Assembly (NCBI GenBank): GCA_031422675.1
Contig: JANPMG010000169.1
Span: forward strand, 2,681-66,680
Length of the DNA: 64,000 nucleotides
Source: Acidimicrobiia bacterium
GTDB taxonomy: Bacteria > Actinomycetota > Acidimicrobiia > IMCC26256 > JAENVU01
Reading direction: 5' to 3'
The position numbers and the translations under genes were made by a program. This document shows, piece after piece, positions 26,163 through 34,718 of the stretch. The stretch's first letter is position 1. The number at the start of each line of letters is the position of its first letter. The notes under the pieces were generated by a model, which was not told where the DNA came from, did no database searches, and saw nothing but the letters and a program-made list of their open reading frames with translations.

Positions 26163-26798
26163 TCACGGCTTGCTGCGTCGGAACATCACCACGCCGGCAC
26201 CGACCAGCACGAGGGACGCGGCCACGATGCCGATGATCAGCCCGGCGGAGCTGCTGTCGTCGGACTTCTTGGCCGCCGTGGTGACCGGCACCTTGGTCTC
26301 CGTGCTGGTCTCGGGCGTCTGGTTTTCCGTTCCCGCAATCTCGAGCACGGGCGCCGGGAACTCGGCGCTCTCCCCCTCCTGGACCCATCGGAAGATCTCT
26401 CCGTCATCGCAGGTATCGATCGCCTTGAACTGCAGTGAGGATTGGCCCGACACCGGCCCGATCACGAGTGGGAAGGTCGCGTCTCCTGTCGCAGTGCCGT
26501 CGTTGGTCCAGGTGATGCTCGCAATGGCCTGAGTGGCCCCTTTCATCGTGACCGCGTTCGTCCAACCGGTGACCACGGCGGGAGTTGCGACCGTCAGGTC
26601 CGGTGACTCCGGGAAGAAGAGTTCAACCTTCTTCAGTTCCTCCTGACACTCGTTCTCGGAGATCACCGTCGTGGCCACGAGGCCGTCGGATCCCGGAGCC
26701 GCGTCCGACGCGATCTCGATGTGGGCGCCGGCCACCGCGGGGACCGCGAACAGTGCCGCGGTGATGATCGTGGCGGCGAACGCCAGCTTGCGTTTCAT
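26163..26798 (-). CDS. ycnI: YcnI-like (DUF1775) copper-binding protein with a C-terminal TM anchor
   Basis: Signal peptide ending AVAGA followed immediately by His (HIEIAS), as in the YcnI mono-histidine brace. C-terminal TM helix. AGGAGG-like SD upstream of the ATG at 26798. Confidence 0.7.
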   Translation of the reverse strand: MKRKLAFAATIITAALFAVPAVAGAHIEIASDAAPGSDGLVATTVISENECQEELKKVELFFPESPDLTVATPAVVTGWTNAVTMKGATQAIASITWTNDGTATGDATFPLVIGPVSGQSSLQFKAIDTCDDGEIFRWVQEGESAEFPAPVLEIAGTENQTPETSTETKVPVTTAAKKSDDSSSAGLIIGIVAASLVLVGAGVVMFRRSKP

Positions 26799-26854
26799 AT
26801 TCGGTGTGCCTCCTGGTAGGGGGTTGAAGAGCTTGGCTGCGCGCCCGACCGGGC

Positions 26855-28774
26855 TCAGGATCCGCGGACGGTGAACATCGTCGAGCCGGTCACCGACTCG
26901 ACATCGGTGACGAACGCGGTCAGTGTGAGCTTCCACTCACCCGGGAACGGGATACGGAAGTCCTGGCCGAGGTAGATGCCGGGCGCGTCGGGCCTCAGGG
27001 TGATCTCGATGGGCGGGATGTCCCGCGCCGGCATCGCCAAGGTCGCGGTGATCTCGACCACGCTGCGCGGGGCGCCGTCGCGACCCACCACCGTGATGTG
27101 GACGAAGTTCGGCCGCAACGACGATGCCGGATCGAGATGCACCTGGAAGGCGGCCTGGCCGGCCGACACCACGGTTTGCAGCGGACCACCCACCGCCATT
27201 GAACGGGGTGGGGACGTGTTGACCAACATCGACGTGAAGGCGAGCACCACTGCGCCGAAAATCAGTTCGCCCCGGACACTCCGACGCAGGTGCACGTGCC
27301 GGCCGCCCGGCAGGTCCCCCGCGCCACCGCCGGCTCCATCGTCGGCTCCACCGTCGGCTCGTGGCGGCGCCGGTTCGTCCCGCACCAGCACGCCGACCCC
27401 CGCAGCCCCGACCCCCGCGACCCCGACCCCCGCGGCCCCGAGCGCAGCATCGGTCCCGCCGACGGTACGCGACCCGATCGTGGATTCGCCGCCGTCGCCA
27501 CCGCTCGCGCCCGAGGCGGCGGTCGACACCTCCGTCGCGGGGTTCCCGAAGACGCCCATTCCCCGTCCGTGCACGAGGCGTCGACTCCAGGCTGCGATCA
27601 ACAAGACCACCGCGAACGCGACGAGCTTGGCGATCAATATGCGGCCGTAGTTCGAGTCCCAGAGCGCGCTGATCGGTTCGAGCTGGCGAATCGACTGGAC
27701 CGTGCCGGTGAGGACGAGCAGGACGACGGCACCCAGAGCCAGGCCCGAGAACCGTTCGGCCACTCGCGCGTAGGCGTGATCGTCGGTCCGGGCGATCGCC
27801 AGCATCACGAGGCCTCCGAGCCAGACCGCCATTCCGAGCACGTGAAGCATGTCGGCCGGCAACGCCACGGCCGTCCACCGTCCCGTCGACGCATGCCCCG
27901 CGAATCCGGGCGTGGCGGCGAGCACCACGCCGGTGAGTCCCGCCACACCGAACCACCATCTCGGCAACGGACCGCGGTGTCGGACCATCATCCGCAGGAG
28001 GAGCCCGGCCACCACCAGCAGGGCGAGGCGCAGGATCCACACCTTGCCGAATCGGGTATCCCAGACCCCAGAGATCTGATCGGACGAGAACAGCGCACCG
28101 AACCCTTGCCCCGACGTGTACGGACCCTGCAACAAGAAGCCCGCCGCGGTGGACACTCCGGTGAGCACGAGCGACCCGAGCAGCAACTGTCGGACTCGCA
28201 GCGCACGGCGCCCCTCGGGCCAGAGGTATGCGGCGAACCACCCGCCGCCGAGGAGCAGCGCCAGCCCGGTGAACACACCGAAGCGCATGACCCCGAACAG
28301 CACACCGACCGTCGGGTCGCCGGCCTCGCCGTCACGAGCCGTGGCCGTGAGGTCGCGAGCAGCTTGGCCGGCGGCATTGGCGCCGAACCCGAAGGTGAAC
28401 GCGCCCTGGATTGGGTGCGAATCCCCCGAGATCGCCCGCCACGCCACCGTGTACAGACCCTGGTCCAACTTCGGGACCGAGGCGCGCACCACACGCTCCT
28501 GCCCGCCCGGGTGCACGGCCCGCCCGGTCGTGACCGACTCTCCGCGCCCGTCCAGCAGCTGGATGGCGTCCGGGCGTACGTCAACCGTCTCGGTGAACTC
28601 GAGCGTGATGGACCTCGGCGACACCGAGACGTTCGCCTGCGGTGCCGGGTCGGAACCCGAGAGGACGGCGTGGGCGGACGCCGGCGCCGCCAGGACGACG
28701 AGGACAGTGGCCGAGACGGCAACGAAGACCCCGATCCTTCGCAGCTGCCGAGCCCGGAGCCGGGGCGGCCTCAT
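26855..28774 (-). CDS. CopC-CopD fusion copper resistance/import protein (YcnJ-like) with an extra C-terminal extracytoplasmic domain
   Basis: Signal peptide then HAVLSGSDPAP (CopC start), about 8 TM CopD region, a Gly/Ala/Val-rich linker, and a C-terminal beta-rich domain. ATG at 28774 overlaps the anti-sigma stop. Confidence 0.8.
   Translation of the reverse strand: MRPPRLRARQLRRIGVFVAVSATVLVVLAAPASAHAVLSGSDPAPQANVSVSPRSITLEFTETVDVRPDAIQLLDGRGESVTTGRAVHPGGQERVVRASVPKLDQGLYTVAWRAISGDSHPIQGAFTFGFGANAAGQAARDLTATARDGEAGDPTVGVLFGVMRFGVFTGLALLLGGGWFAAYLWPEGRRALRVRQLLLGSLVLTGVSTAAGFLLQGPYTSGQGFGALFSSDQISGVWDTRFGKVWILRLALLVVAGLLLRMMVRHRGPLPRWWFGVAGLTGVVLAATPGFAGHASTGRWTAVALPADMLHVLGMAVWLGGLVMLAIARTDDHAYARVAERFSGLALGAVVLLVLTGTVQSIRQLEPISALWDSNYGRILIAKLVAFAVVLLIAAWSRRLVHGRGMGVFGNPATEVSTAASGASGGDGGESTIGSRTVGGTDAALGAAGVGVAGVGAAGVGVLVRDEPAPPRADGGADDGAGGGAGDLPGGRHVHLRRSVRGELIFGAVVLAFTSMLVNTSPPRSMAVGGPLQTVVSAGQAAFQVHLDPASSLRPNFVHITVVGRDGAPRSVVEITATLAMPARDIPPIEITLRPDAPGIYLGQDFRIPFPGEWKLTLTAFVTDVESVTGSTMFTVRGS
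27392..27445. repeat. About 3.5 tandem 15-bp units (cccgacccccgcNNc) inside copCD, encoding a (G/A)VG-rich linker
   Basis: Read directly. Confidence 0.7.
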
Positions 28775-29391
28775 CGCAGCACCGGCTGGCGCTTGGATGT
28801 GTCCTCGGAACCCGCACCGGTATGGGCGAGGAGCCACACCACTCCGAGCGCAATCACATTGAAGCCGTGCGCGATCGCCGACCCCGGGACGGGACGTCCG
28901 CCGATGAGATCGTCGATACAACTCCAGACCAGTCCCGCCACCAGGACCGCGAGCATCGGGAGCAACGCCCGGGCGCGCGCCGGCCGCCACGCAACGAAGA
29001 GCAGTCCGATGGCCATGGCGGCGGTGAACACACCGACGTGCCGCGCGTAATGGCCGTGCATCTCGTCTCCGTTCCCGATCAGCAGTGGGATCGCGCCGAC
29101 GATCTGCACCAACGCAACGAAGAACGCCACCCGTTGGAGCGAGCGAGTCCGGTCTTCCTTGCCGAATGGTGACGGCCGCGGCGTCAAAACGGCGCGGATG
29201 GCCTCGGTCCGGTCCACCTCAGTGGCCGCGGGCGCGACTCGCAACGTCCGGTGGAACTCGGCTGCGTCAGCGGCCCAACCGCGACAATCCACACAGCCCT
29301 CGAGGTGACGGTCCACCACGAGCACTGGCAGGCCCATGTCCTCATCGTCGAGCCGCGCCGAGAGGGCGAATCTGATCTGTGTGCAGTCCAT
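28771..29391 (-). CDS. ZAS-type (zf-HC2) anti-sigma factor with four C-terminal TM helices
   Basis: MDC...HLEGCVDC gives the C/H-x3-C-x2-C zinc anti-sigma motif. It is followed by four hydrophobic helices, with a GNGDEMHGHYARH loop between the first two. Confidence 0.65.
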   Translation of the reverse strand: MDCTQIRFALSARLDDEDMGLPVLVVDRHLEGCVDCRGWAADAAEFHRTLRVAPAATEVDRTEAIRAVLTPRPSPFGKEDRTRSLQRVAFFVALVQIVGAIPLLIGNGDEMHGHYARHVGVFTAAMAIGLLFVAWRPARARALLPMLAVLVAGLVWSCIDDLIGGRPVPGSAIAHGFNVIALGVVWLLAHTGAGSEDTSKRQPVLR

Positions 29392-29400
29392 GAAGAGGTA

Positions 29401-29427
29401 GTCGCTGCTCGCGCCGAAAAAGTTCCC
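29401..29427 (-). promoter_or_regulatory. Candidate ECF-type promoter for the anti-sigma/copCD/ycnI operon
   Basis: The minus strand reads GGGAAC-N17-CGAC, with the -10-like element 9 nt before the ATG at 29391. ECF promoters commonly have GGAAC at -35 and CGT/CGA at -10. Weak evidence. Confidence 0.25.
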
Positions 29428-29450
29428 GACCCGGTGCGAAACCTCGAGGA

Positions 29451-30011
29451 GTGCGCCTAATGGCCCAGTACCCACCGATCCCACTAACCTGCGCCGCCGT
29501 GGACCGCCTGACCAACGCCTTCTTGCTCGCTCGTAACGGCGACGACGATGCGTTGACCACCGCGATCCGGGCCGGTCAGGCCGAAGTGACCCGCTTTCTG
29601 CGGCCGCTCGTCCACCCCAACGAGCTCGACGACGTGGTCCAGGAGACCTTCGTGCGCGCCTACCGCGCCCTGCCGCGCTTTCGTGGGGACGCCTCCGGAC
29701 GCACCTGGTTGCTCGCCATTGCGCGCTGCGCCGCGGCCGACGCGACCCGCCGCCAGATCCGTGACCGGCGGACGGATCGATACGCCGGGCCGGCGGCGGC
29801 ACCTCCGGCCGACGGCGCCCACGCGTTACGCGCGTTGATCGACGGACTCGAACCCGACCGCCGAGAAGCCTTCGTCCTGACCCAGATCGTGGGCTGTTCG
29901 TACGCGGAGACCGCCGAGATCTGCGGCGTCAGGATCGGCACCATTCGGTCCCGCGTCGGGCGGGCCCGTGACCAACTCCTCCAGCAGGTTCGAGCGTCCC
30001 GGAGCGCGTGA
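29451..30011 (+). CDS. ECF RNA polymerase sigma factor
   Basis: Region 2 (DDVVQETFVRAYRALPRF) and region 4 (SYAETAEICGVRIGTIRSRVGRAR). Divergent from the ZAS anti-sigma gene. Confidence 0.85.
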   Translation: MRLMAQYPPIPLTCAAVDRLTNAFLLARNGDDDALTTAIRAGQAEVTRFLRPLVHPNELDDVVQETFVRAYRALPRFRGDASGRTWLLAIARCAAADATRRQIRDRRTDRYAGPAAAPPADGAHALRALIDGLEPDRREAFVLTQIVGCSYAETAEICGVRIGTIRSRVGRARDQLLQQVRASRSA

Positions 30012-30073
30012 GTTCGCACGGCTCGCTGACGGGCCGCCGGCCTCATCGCTCGGCGAGCTGACAGGCTGTTCCG

Positions 30074-30496
30074 ATGCCGACGATCTTCACTCGAATCATC
30101 AATGGCGAACTGCCCGGCCGCTTCGTCTGGCGCGACGAGCAGTGCGTTGCGTTTCTGTCGATCAACCCACTGCGGCCCGGCCACACCCTGGTCGTGCCGC
30201 GTGATGAGATCGACCACTGGCTCGACCTGCCGGTCGAGGCCAACGCGCATCTCATGCGGGTGGCCCACGCCATCGGAGCCGCGCAGATGGACGCATTCCA
30301 TCCCGCCCGCGTGGGACTGATCATCGCCGGGCTCGAAGTCCCGCACGTGCACCTCCACGTGGTGCCGATCGGACGGGAAGCCGACCTGAACTTCGCCAAC
30401 GCCGACTCCTCGCCGGCGGCCGACGAACTGGATGCCACGGCCGAGCAACTCCGCACGGCGCTGCGAGCGCGCGGTGCGAGTGGCGTCGCAGACTGA
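30074..30496 (+). CDS. HIT-family (histidine triad) nucleotide hydrolase/transferase
   Basis: IFTRIINGELPGRFVW N-terminus and the HVHLHVVP histidine triad. Confidence 0.9.
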   Translation: MPTIFTRIINGELPGRFVWRDEQCVAFLSINPLRPGHTLVVPRDEIDHWLDLPVEANAHLMRVAHAIGAAQMDAFHPARVGLIIAGLEVPHVHLHVVPIGREADLNFANADSSPAADELDATAEQLRTALRARGASGVAD

Positions 30497-30497
30497 C

Positions 30498-31364
30498 TCA
30501 GCCCCCGCCGTGGCATGCGAGGGCGCGGCGCAGCGCCGCGAGATTTCGGCGCATGGCGCGGAGATAGTCGTCGAAGGTGCGGGCGTCCACCGGTGACTCG
30601 ATGGGGTCGAGGACGGCGGTACGCACGCCGGCCGCACGCGCCAGGCTGCGCGCCACTCGCGGCGACACTTGGGATTCGGTGAACACCGTCGTGACCCGCT
30701 GACGGCGAACGACGTCGATCAACTCGCCGAGCCGCCGGGGATCGGGCTCCTGGTCCGGCGAGATGCCCACGATCGGGACCGGGCGGAGCTGATACCGCCG
30801 TGCCAGCCGACCGAAGGACTCGTGCGCGGTGACGATCGTGCGGCGCCGGCAGCGACTGAGGCCGCGGCGGTACTCGCGATCCAATCCGACCAACTGTGCA
30901 TCCAGCCGGCGCGCCCGCGCGCGAATCCCCGACCGATGATCACGGCGCGCCCGGCTCGCGCCCGCCGCCAGGATGGTCACGACGCGCCGCATCAGCTGGG
31001 GGTCCAGCCACACATGGGGGTCCGAACCCGCGCCGAGTCGGTCCATCATCTCGAGCACCGCGCCGGCGCGCGTCCGTGCGGCCCGTTCGATCGCCGGTTG
31101 GAATCCGGCGCCCATCACCACCACGAGCCGGGCGTCCAGGATCTGATCCATCTCGGGGGTCGTGACTTCCCGGTCGTGGGGCTCGGCCCCCGGCGGGGTG
31201 AGATCGACCACTTCCAGTGCCGGATCGAGCGCTCGGAGCGTCGCCGCCAGCGGGAAGAACGACGCGACCGCCAGCGACGGGTCGGTCCGGGTGGATCCGG
31301 ACCCACAGGCGGAGCCGACGACGGCCAGCAGCGTCGTCACGATGATCAGCGAGCGGCCGCGCAT
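30498..31364 (-). CDS. znuA: Metal (Zn/Mn) ABC transporter substrate-binding lipoprotein, TroA/ZnuA family
   Basis: Lipobox VVGSAC, plus metal-ligand blocks AEPHD, DPHVWLDP and AHESF. Confidence 0.75.
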   Translation of the reverse strand: MRGRSLIIVTTLLAVVGSACGSGSTRTDPSLAVASFFPLAATLRALDPALEVVDLTPPGAEPHDREVTTPEMDQILDARLVVVMGAGFQPAIERAARTRAGAVLEMMDRLGAGSDPHVWLDPQLMRRVVTILAAGASRARRDHRSGIRARARRLDAQLVGLDREYRRGLSRCRRRTIVTAHESFGRLARRYQLRPVPIVGISPDQEPDPRRLGELIDVVRRQRVTTVFTESQVSPRVARSLARAAGVRTAVLDPIESPVDARTFDDYLRAMRRNLAALRRALACHGGG

Positions 31365-31375
31365 CTCACCCTTCC

Positions 31376-31425
31376 TGGGAATGGTTCTCAACAACGGCTC
31401 GAGATACTATTGGGAATCACTCTCA
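31376..31425. promoter_or_regulatory. Two Zur/Fur-box-like 15-mers (tgggaatggttctca at 31376..31390; tgggaatcactctca at 31411..31425) in the divergent znuA/znuC control region
   Basis: Each matches the actinobacterial Zur-box core TGAAAATGATTTTCA / TGAAAATCATTTTCA at 11 of 15 positions and has imperfect dyad symmetry (TGgGA..TCtCA). Read by eye only. Confidence 0.4.
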
Positions 31426-32177
31426 GTACGCCATCGCCGGTGCTCGTCGCCCGTGGTCTCTCGTTCGCGTATGACCACGACTCCGTCCTGCGCGACGTCA
31501 GCCTGGCGCTTGCCCCGGGCGAGTTCGTGGCGCTCGTCGGTCCGAACGGCTCGGGCAAGTCCACCTTGCTGCGGCTGCTGCTCGGACGGCTCCGACCCGG
31601 CGCCGGGTCCGTAGAGATGTTCGGCGGCCCTCCCGATCGTCTGGTGGAGCCCGGCCGGCTGGGATACGTCCCTCAACGCGGCCGGCTCACTCCGGAGCTG
31701 CCCACCACCGTGCGCGAAGTCGTCGCCGGCGGTCGGCTGTCGCGCCGCCCGTGGTGGCGCCGACCGACCGCAGTGGACCGTGCGGCGGTCGACCACGCGC
31801 TCGGCGCCGTCGCCCTCACCGAACTCGCGGATCGGCTCGTCACCGAACTCTCCGGCGGCCAACAGCAGCGCGCCCTCATCGCGCGGGCGCTGGTCTCGGA
31901 CCCCGAACTGTTGATCCTGGACGAGCCGGTCGCCGGCGTCGACGCCGAATCCCAGCGGTTGTTCCGCGACTCGTTGGTGCACCTCGTCGCCCACCATCAC
32001 ACCACGGTCCTGCTCGTCTCCCACGAACTCGGTGCGGTCGCGGACGACCTCGATCGGGTCATCGTGCTGAAACAGGAGGTGTTGTTCGACGGCGCCCCGG
32101 CCGATCTCGCGGCGCGCGGTGTGAGCCTGGGTATCCACGCGCAGGACCTGCCCCTCTGGCTCGAGGACCTCGGATGA
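31410..32177 (+). CDS. znuC: Metal ABC transporter ATP-binding protein
   Basis: GPNGSGKSTLL Walker A, LSGGQQQR signature, ILDEP Walker B. The start is ambiguous (TTG 31410 or GTG 31440). Confidence 0.8.
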   Translation: MGITLSTPSPVLVARGLSFAYDHDSVLRDVSLALAPGEFVALVGPNGSGKSTLLRLLLGRLRPGAGSVEMFGGPPDRLVEPGRLGYVPQRGRLTPELPTTVREVVAGGRLSRRPWWRRPTAVDRAAVDHALGAVALTELADRLVTELSGGQQQRALIARALVSDPELLILDEPVAGVDAESQRLFRDSLVHLVAHHHTTVLLVSHELGAVADDLDRVIVLKQEVLFDGAPADLAARGVSLGIHAQDLPLWLEDLG

Positions 32178-33016
32178 TCCTCGACCTCCCCTGGCCGTTC
32201 GAACGCGAGTACATGCAGCTCGCGTTGGCGATCGGCGTGATCGTCGGCGCGTGTGCACCCCTGGTCGGAACCTTCCTCGTGGACAAGCACCTCTCGCTCA
32301 TGGGCGACGGCATCGGCCATCTCGCGTTCGCCGGGGTGGCGGGCGGCCTCTTGTTGTCCGTCTCCCCGATCTGGACCGCGCTCGTCGTGGCGGTGATCGG
32401 GGCGCTCGCCGTCGAACTGTTGCGGACGCGCGGGCGAACAACGGGCGATCTCGCGCTCGCGCTGTTCTTCTACGGCGGCATCGCCGGCGGCGCGGTACTG
32501 GCGAGTCGCGCCGCCACCGAGGGGATCACCGTCAACGTGGTGCCGTACCTCTTCGGTTCGATTCTCACGGTGACCCCCGCCGACCTCGCCATGGTGGCCG
32601 GTATCGGCATCATCATCCTGGGCTCGGTCGCAGTCGCGCACCGGGCGTGGTTCACCATCGGCCTGGACGAGGAATCGGCGCGGGTCATGGGGCTTCCGGT
32701 GACTGCCCTGAATGCGTTGCTCGCGGTCCTCACCGCGGTGACGATCGTCGCCGCCACTCGCATCGTCGGTCTGCTCCTCGTCGCCGCGCTCATGGTCCTG
32801 CCAGTGGCCTCGGCCCGCGTGATCGCCCGGTCCCAACGCCACACGCTCGTCATCGCATCGCTGATCGGAATCCTCTCAGTCGTGATCGGGCTCGGCGCGG
32901 CGCGGGTGTGGGGGCTCGCGCCGGGCGGGACGATCGTGCTCGTGTGCGCCACGATCTTCGCGTGCGTCTCGATCGCGCGCGGTGCCAGTCACAGCATCCC
33001 GAGCGGACACCACTGA
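32174..33016 (+). CDS. znuB: Metal ABC transporter permease
   Basis: ATGA overlap with znuC. Polytopic, with the ABC-3 family motif LSLMGDGIGH. Confidence 0.8.
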   Translation: MILDLPWPFEREYMQLALAIGVIVGACAPLVGTFLVDKHLSLMGDGIGHLAFAGVAGGLLLSVSPIWTALVVAVIGALAVELLRTRGRTTGDLALALFFYGGIAGGAVLASRAATEGITVNVVPYLFGSILTVTPADLAMVAGIGIIILGSVAVAHRAWFTIGLDEESARVMGLPVTALNALLAVLTAVTIVAATRIVGLLLVAALMVLPVASARVIARSQRHTLVIASLIGILSVVIGLGAARVWGLAPGGTIVLVCATIFACVSIARGASHSIPSGHH

Positions 33017-33068
33017 CCGTCGGAGTGGGTCCGAACCCGCCTGCCGCGCGCCGCGGTAGCTTCAGACG

Positions 33069-33857
33069 ATGACCGTCGCTCCGGCTCGCCTCGCCGGTGA
33101 ACGTGCGATCGTGACCGGATCCACGGCCGGGATCGGCGCGGCGATCGCGCGCCGCTTCGGTGCGGAGGGCGCGGCGGTAGTCATCACCGGGCGCGATCGC
33201 ACTCGCGCCGATGCCGTCGCTGATGCCGTCTCTGCCGCGGGTGGGCGAGCGCATGTGGTGCTTGCGGACCTGAACGACGAATCGGAATGCAGCCGGCTCG
33301 TCGAGAAAGCCGCTGCGCTCCTGGGCGGGATCACGGTGCTGGTGAACAACGCCGTCTCCGACCCGGTGGACCCCATCGACGGTCGGGTCGGCGAGCTCAC
33401 GACTGCGGCGTGGGAGGCCACCGTGCGAGTGAACATCACCGCGCCGATGTGGCTGACCCGGGCGGCGATTCCCCACATGATCGCGGCCGGTCATGGTTCG
33501 ATCGTCAACATCTCGAGCCGCCAGGCCGAGCGCGCCAGCAGTGGGCACGCCGCCTACATCGCCAGCAAGGCCGCGCTCAACGGCTTCACTCGGGCCGTGG
33601 CGGTTGACCACGCGGCCGATCACATCCGGTGCAACACCATCAGCCCGGGCTACATCCTCCACGCGCGCCGAGACCACGGGATCACGGCCGAGCGGCGCGC
33701 CCAGCTGGAGGCGATGCATCTCACCCGCCTCGGCGAGCCGGACGACGTCGCGCACGCCGCGGTCTATCTGGCGAGTCCCGAGAGCGCGTTCCTCACCGGC
33801 GCGAATATCCCGCTCGACGGCGGCGGCAGCATCGCGCGCGGCGCGATCCTCGGTTAG
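33069..33857 (+). CDS. Short-chain dehydrogenase/reductase (SDR)
   Basis: TGSTAGIGAAIA cofactor motif, NNAV, and YIASKAAL catalytic Tyr-x3-Lys. Confidence 0.85.
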   Translation: MTVAPARLAGERAIVTGSTAGIGAAIARRFGAEGAAVVITGRDRTRADAVADAVSAAGGRAHVVLADLNDESECSRLVEKAAALLGGITVLVNNAVSDPVDPIDGRVGELTTAAWEATVRVNITAPMWLTRAAIPHMIAAGHGSIVNISSRQAERASSGHAAYIASKAALNGFTRAVAVDHAADHIRCNTISPGYILHARRDHGITAERRAQLEAMHLTRLGEPDDVAHAAVYLASPESAFLTGANIPLDGGGSIARGAILG

Positions 33858-34664
33858 TCACGCCCACATGAAGGCGCCGCCGTCGGCCATGAAGGTCTGG
33901 CCGGTGAGATACCGGCAACCGTCGGAACACAGGAACCACGCCAACGGTCCGATGTCGGTCTCCGGATCACCCTGGCGCTGCATCGGACAGTTCTCCACGA
34001 AGGTTCGGTAGCCCTCGCTCTGCTTGGCCGCGTCGCCGTGGTGGTCGGCCGCGGCCGGTGCGATGCAGTTCACCACGATCCCGTCCGCCGCCCACTCGCG
34101 CGCCGCGGTACGCGTCAGCGCGCGCACCGCTTCCTTTGACGCGTTGTACGCACCGAAGCCGCGCCCGCCGGTGATCCCCATCGACGACGCGAAGTTGACG
34201 ATCCGACCCCACCCCTGCGCGGCCATCGCGGGGTACACCGCCTGCATCGCCGCGAGCGTCCCGCCGACGCCGGACCGGTAGAACACGTCGAGATCGTCGG
34301 GACTCACCGTGGCCATGGGCGCCATCGGTCGGAACGTCTGCGCGTTGTTGACCAAGCCGTCGACGCGGCCGAAGCGCGCCACCGCGGCGGCCACCATCGC
34401 GTCGATCTCCTCGCGCACCATGATGTTGGTCCGTACTCCGAGCGCCTCCACACCGAGATCGCGCAACTCGGACATTGCGGCGGCGAGCAGATCCGGTTTC
34501 CACTCCGCCGCCACGATCTTCGCCCCGCCCAACCCGAGATGGCGGGCGATCCCGAGACCGATCCCGCGCCCGGATCCGGTCACGATCACCACCTTGCCCG
34601 CGACCGTGTGCATCTCGGCCGTGTGCGTTGCGGCCGTGTGCGTTGCGGCCGTCCGCTCGTCCAT
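33858..34664 (-). CDS. Short-chain dehydrogenase/reductase (SDR)
   Basis: TGSGRGIGLGIA motif and YNASKEAV catalytic motif. The start at 34664 has a GGGAGGG SD. The alternative ATG at 34613 (MHTVAGKVVIVTG) would give a canonical SDR N-terminus. Confidence 0.8.
   Translation of the reverse strand: MDERTAATHTAATHTAEMHTVAGKVVIVTGSGRGIGLGIARHLGLGGAKIVAAEWKPDLLAAAMSELRDLGVEALGVRTNIMVREEIDAMVAAAVARFGRVDGLVNNAQTFRPMAPMATVSPDDLDVFYRSGVGGTLAAMQAVYPAMAAQGWGRIVNFASSMGITGGRGFGAYNASKEAVRALTRTAAREWAADGIVVNCIAPAAADHHGDAAKQSEGYRTFVENCPMQRQGDPETDIGPLAWFLCSDGCRYLTGQTFMADGGAFMWA
34602..34661. repeat. Four tandem 15-bp units (gaccgtgtgcatctc, ggccgtgtgcgttgc x2, ggccgtccgctcgtc) at the 5' end of the SDR gene
   Basis: Read directly. 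Encodes TAATHTAATHTAEMH, and unit 1 contains the alternative ATG. Confidence 0.8.
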
Positions 34665-34718
34665 GCCGGTCCCTCCCGATCTGGTGGTGCACGGTAACGC
34701 CCCGATACCGTCGGCCGG

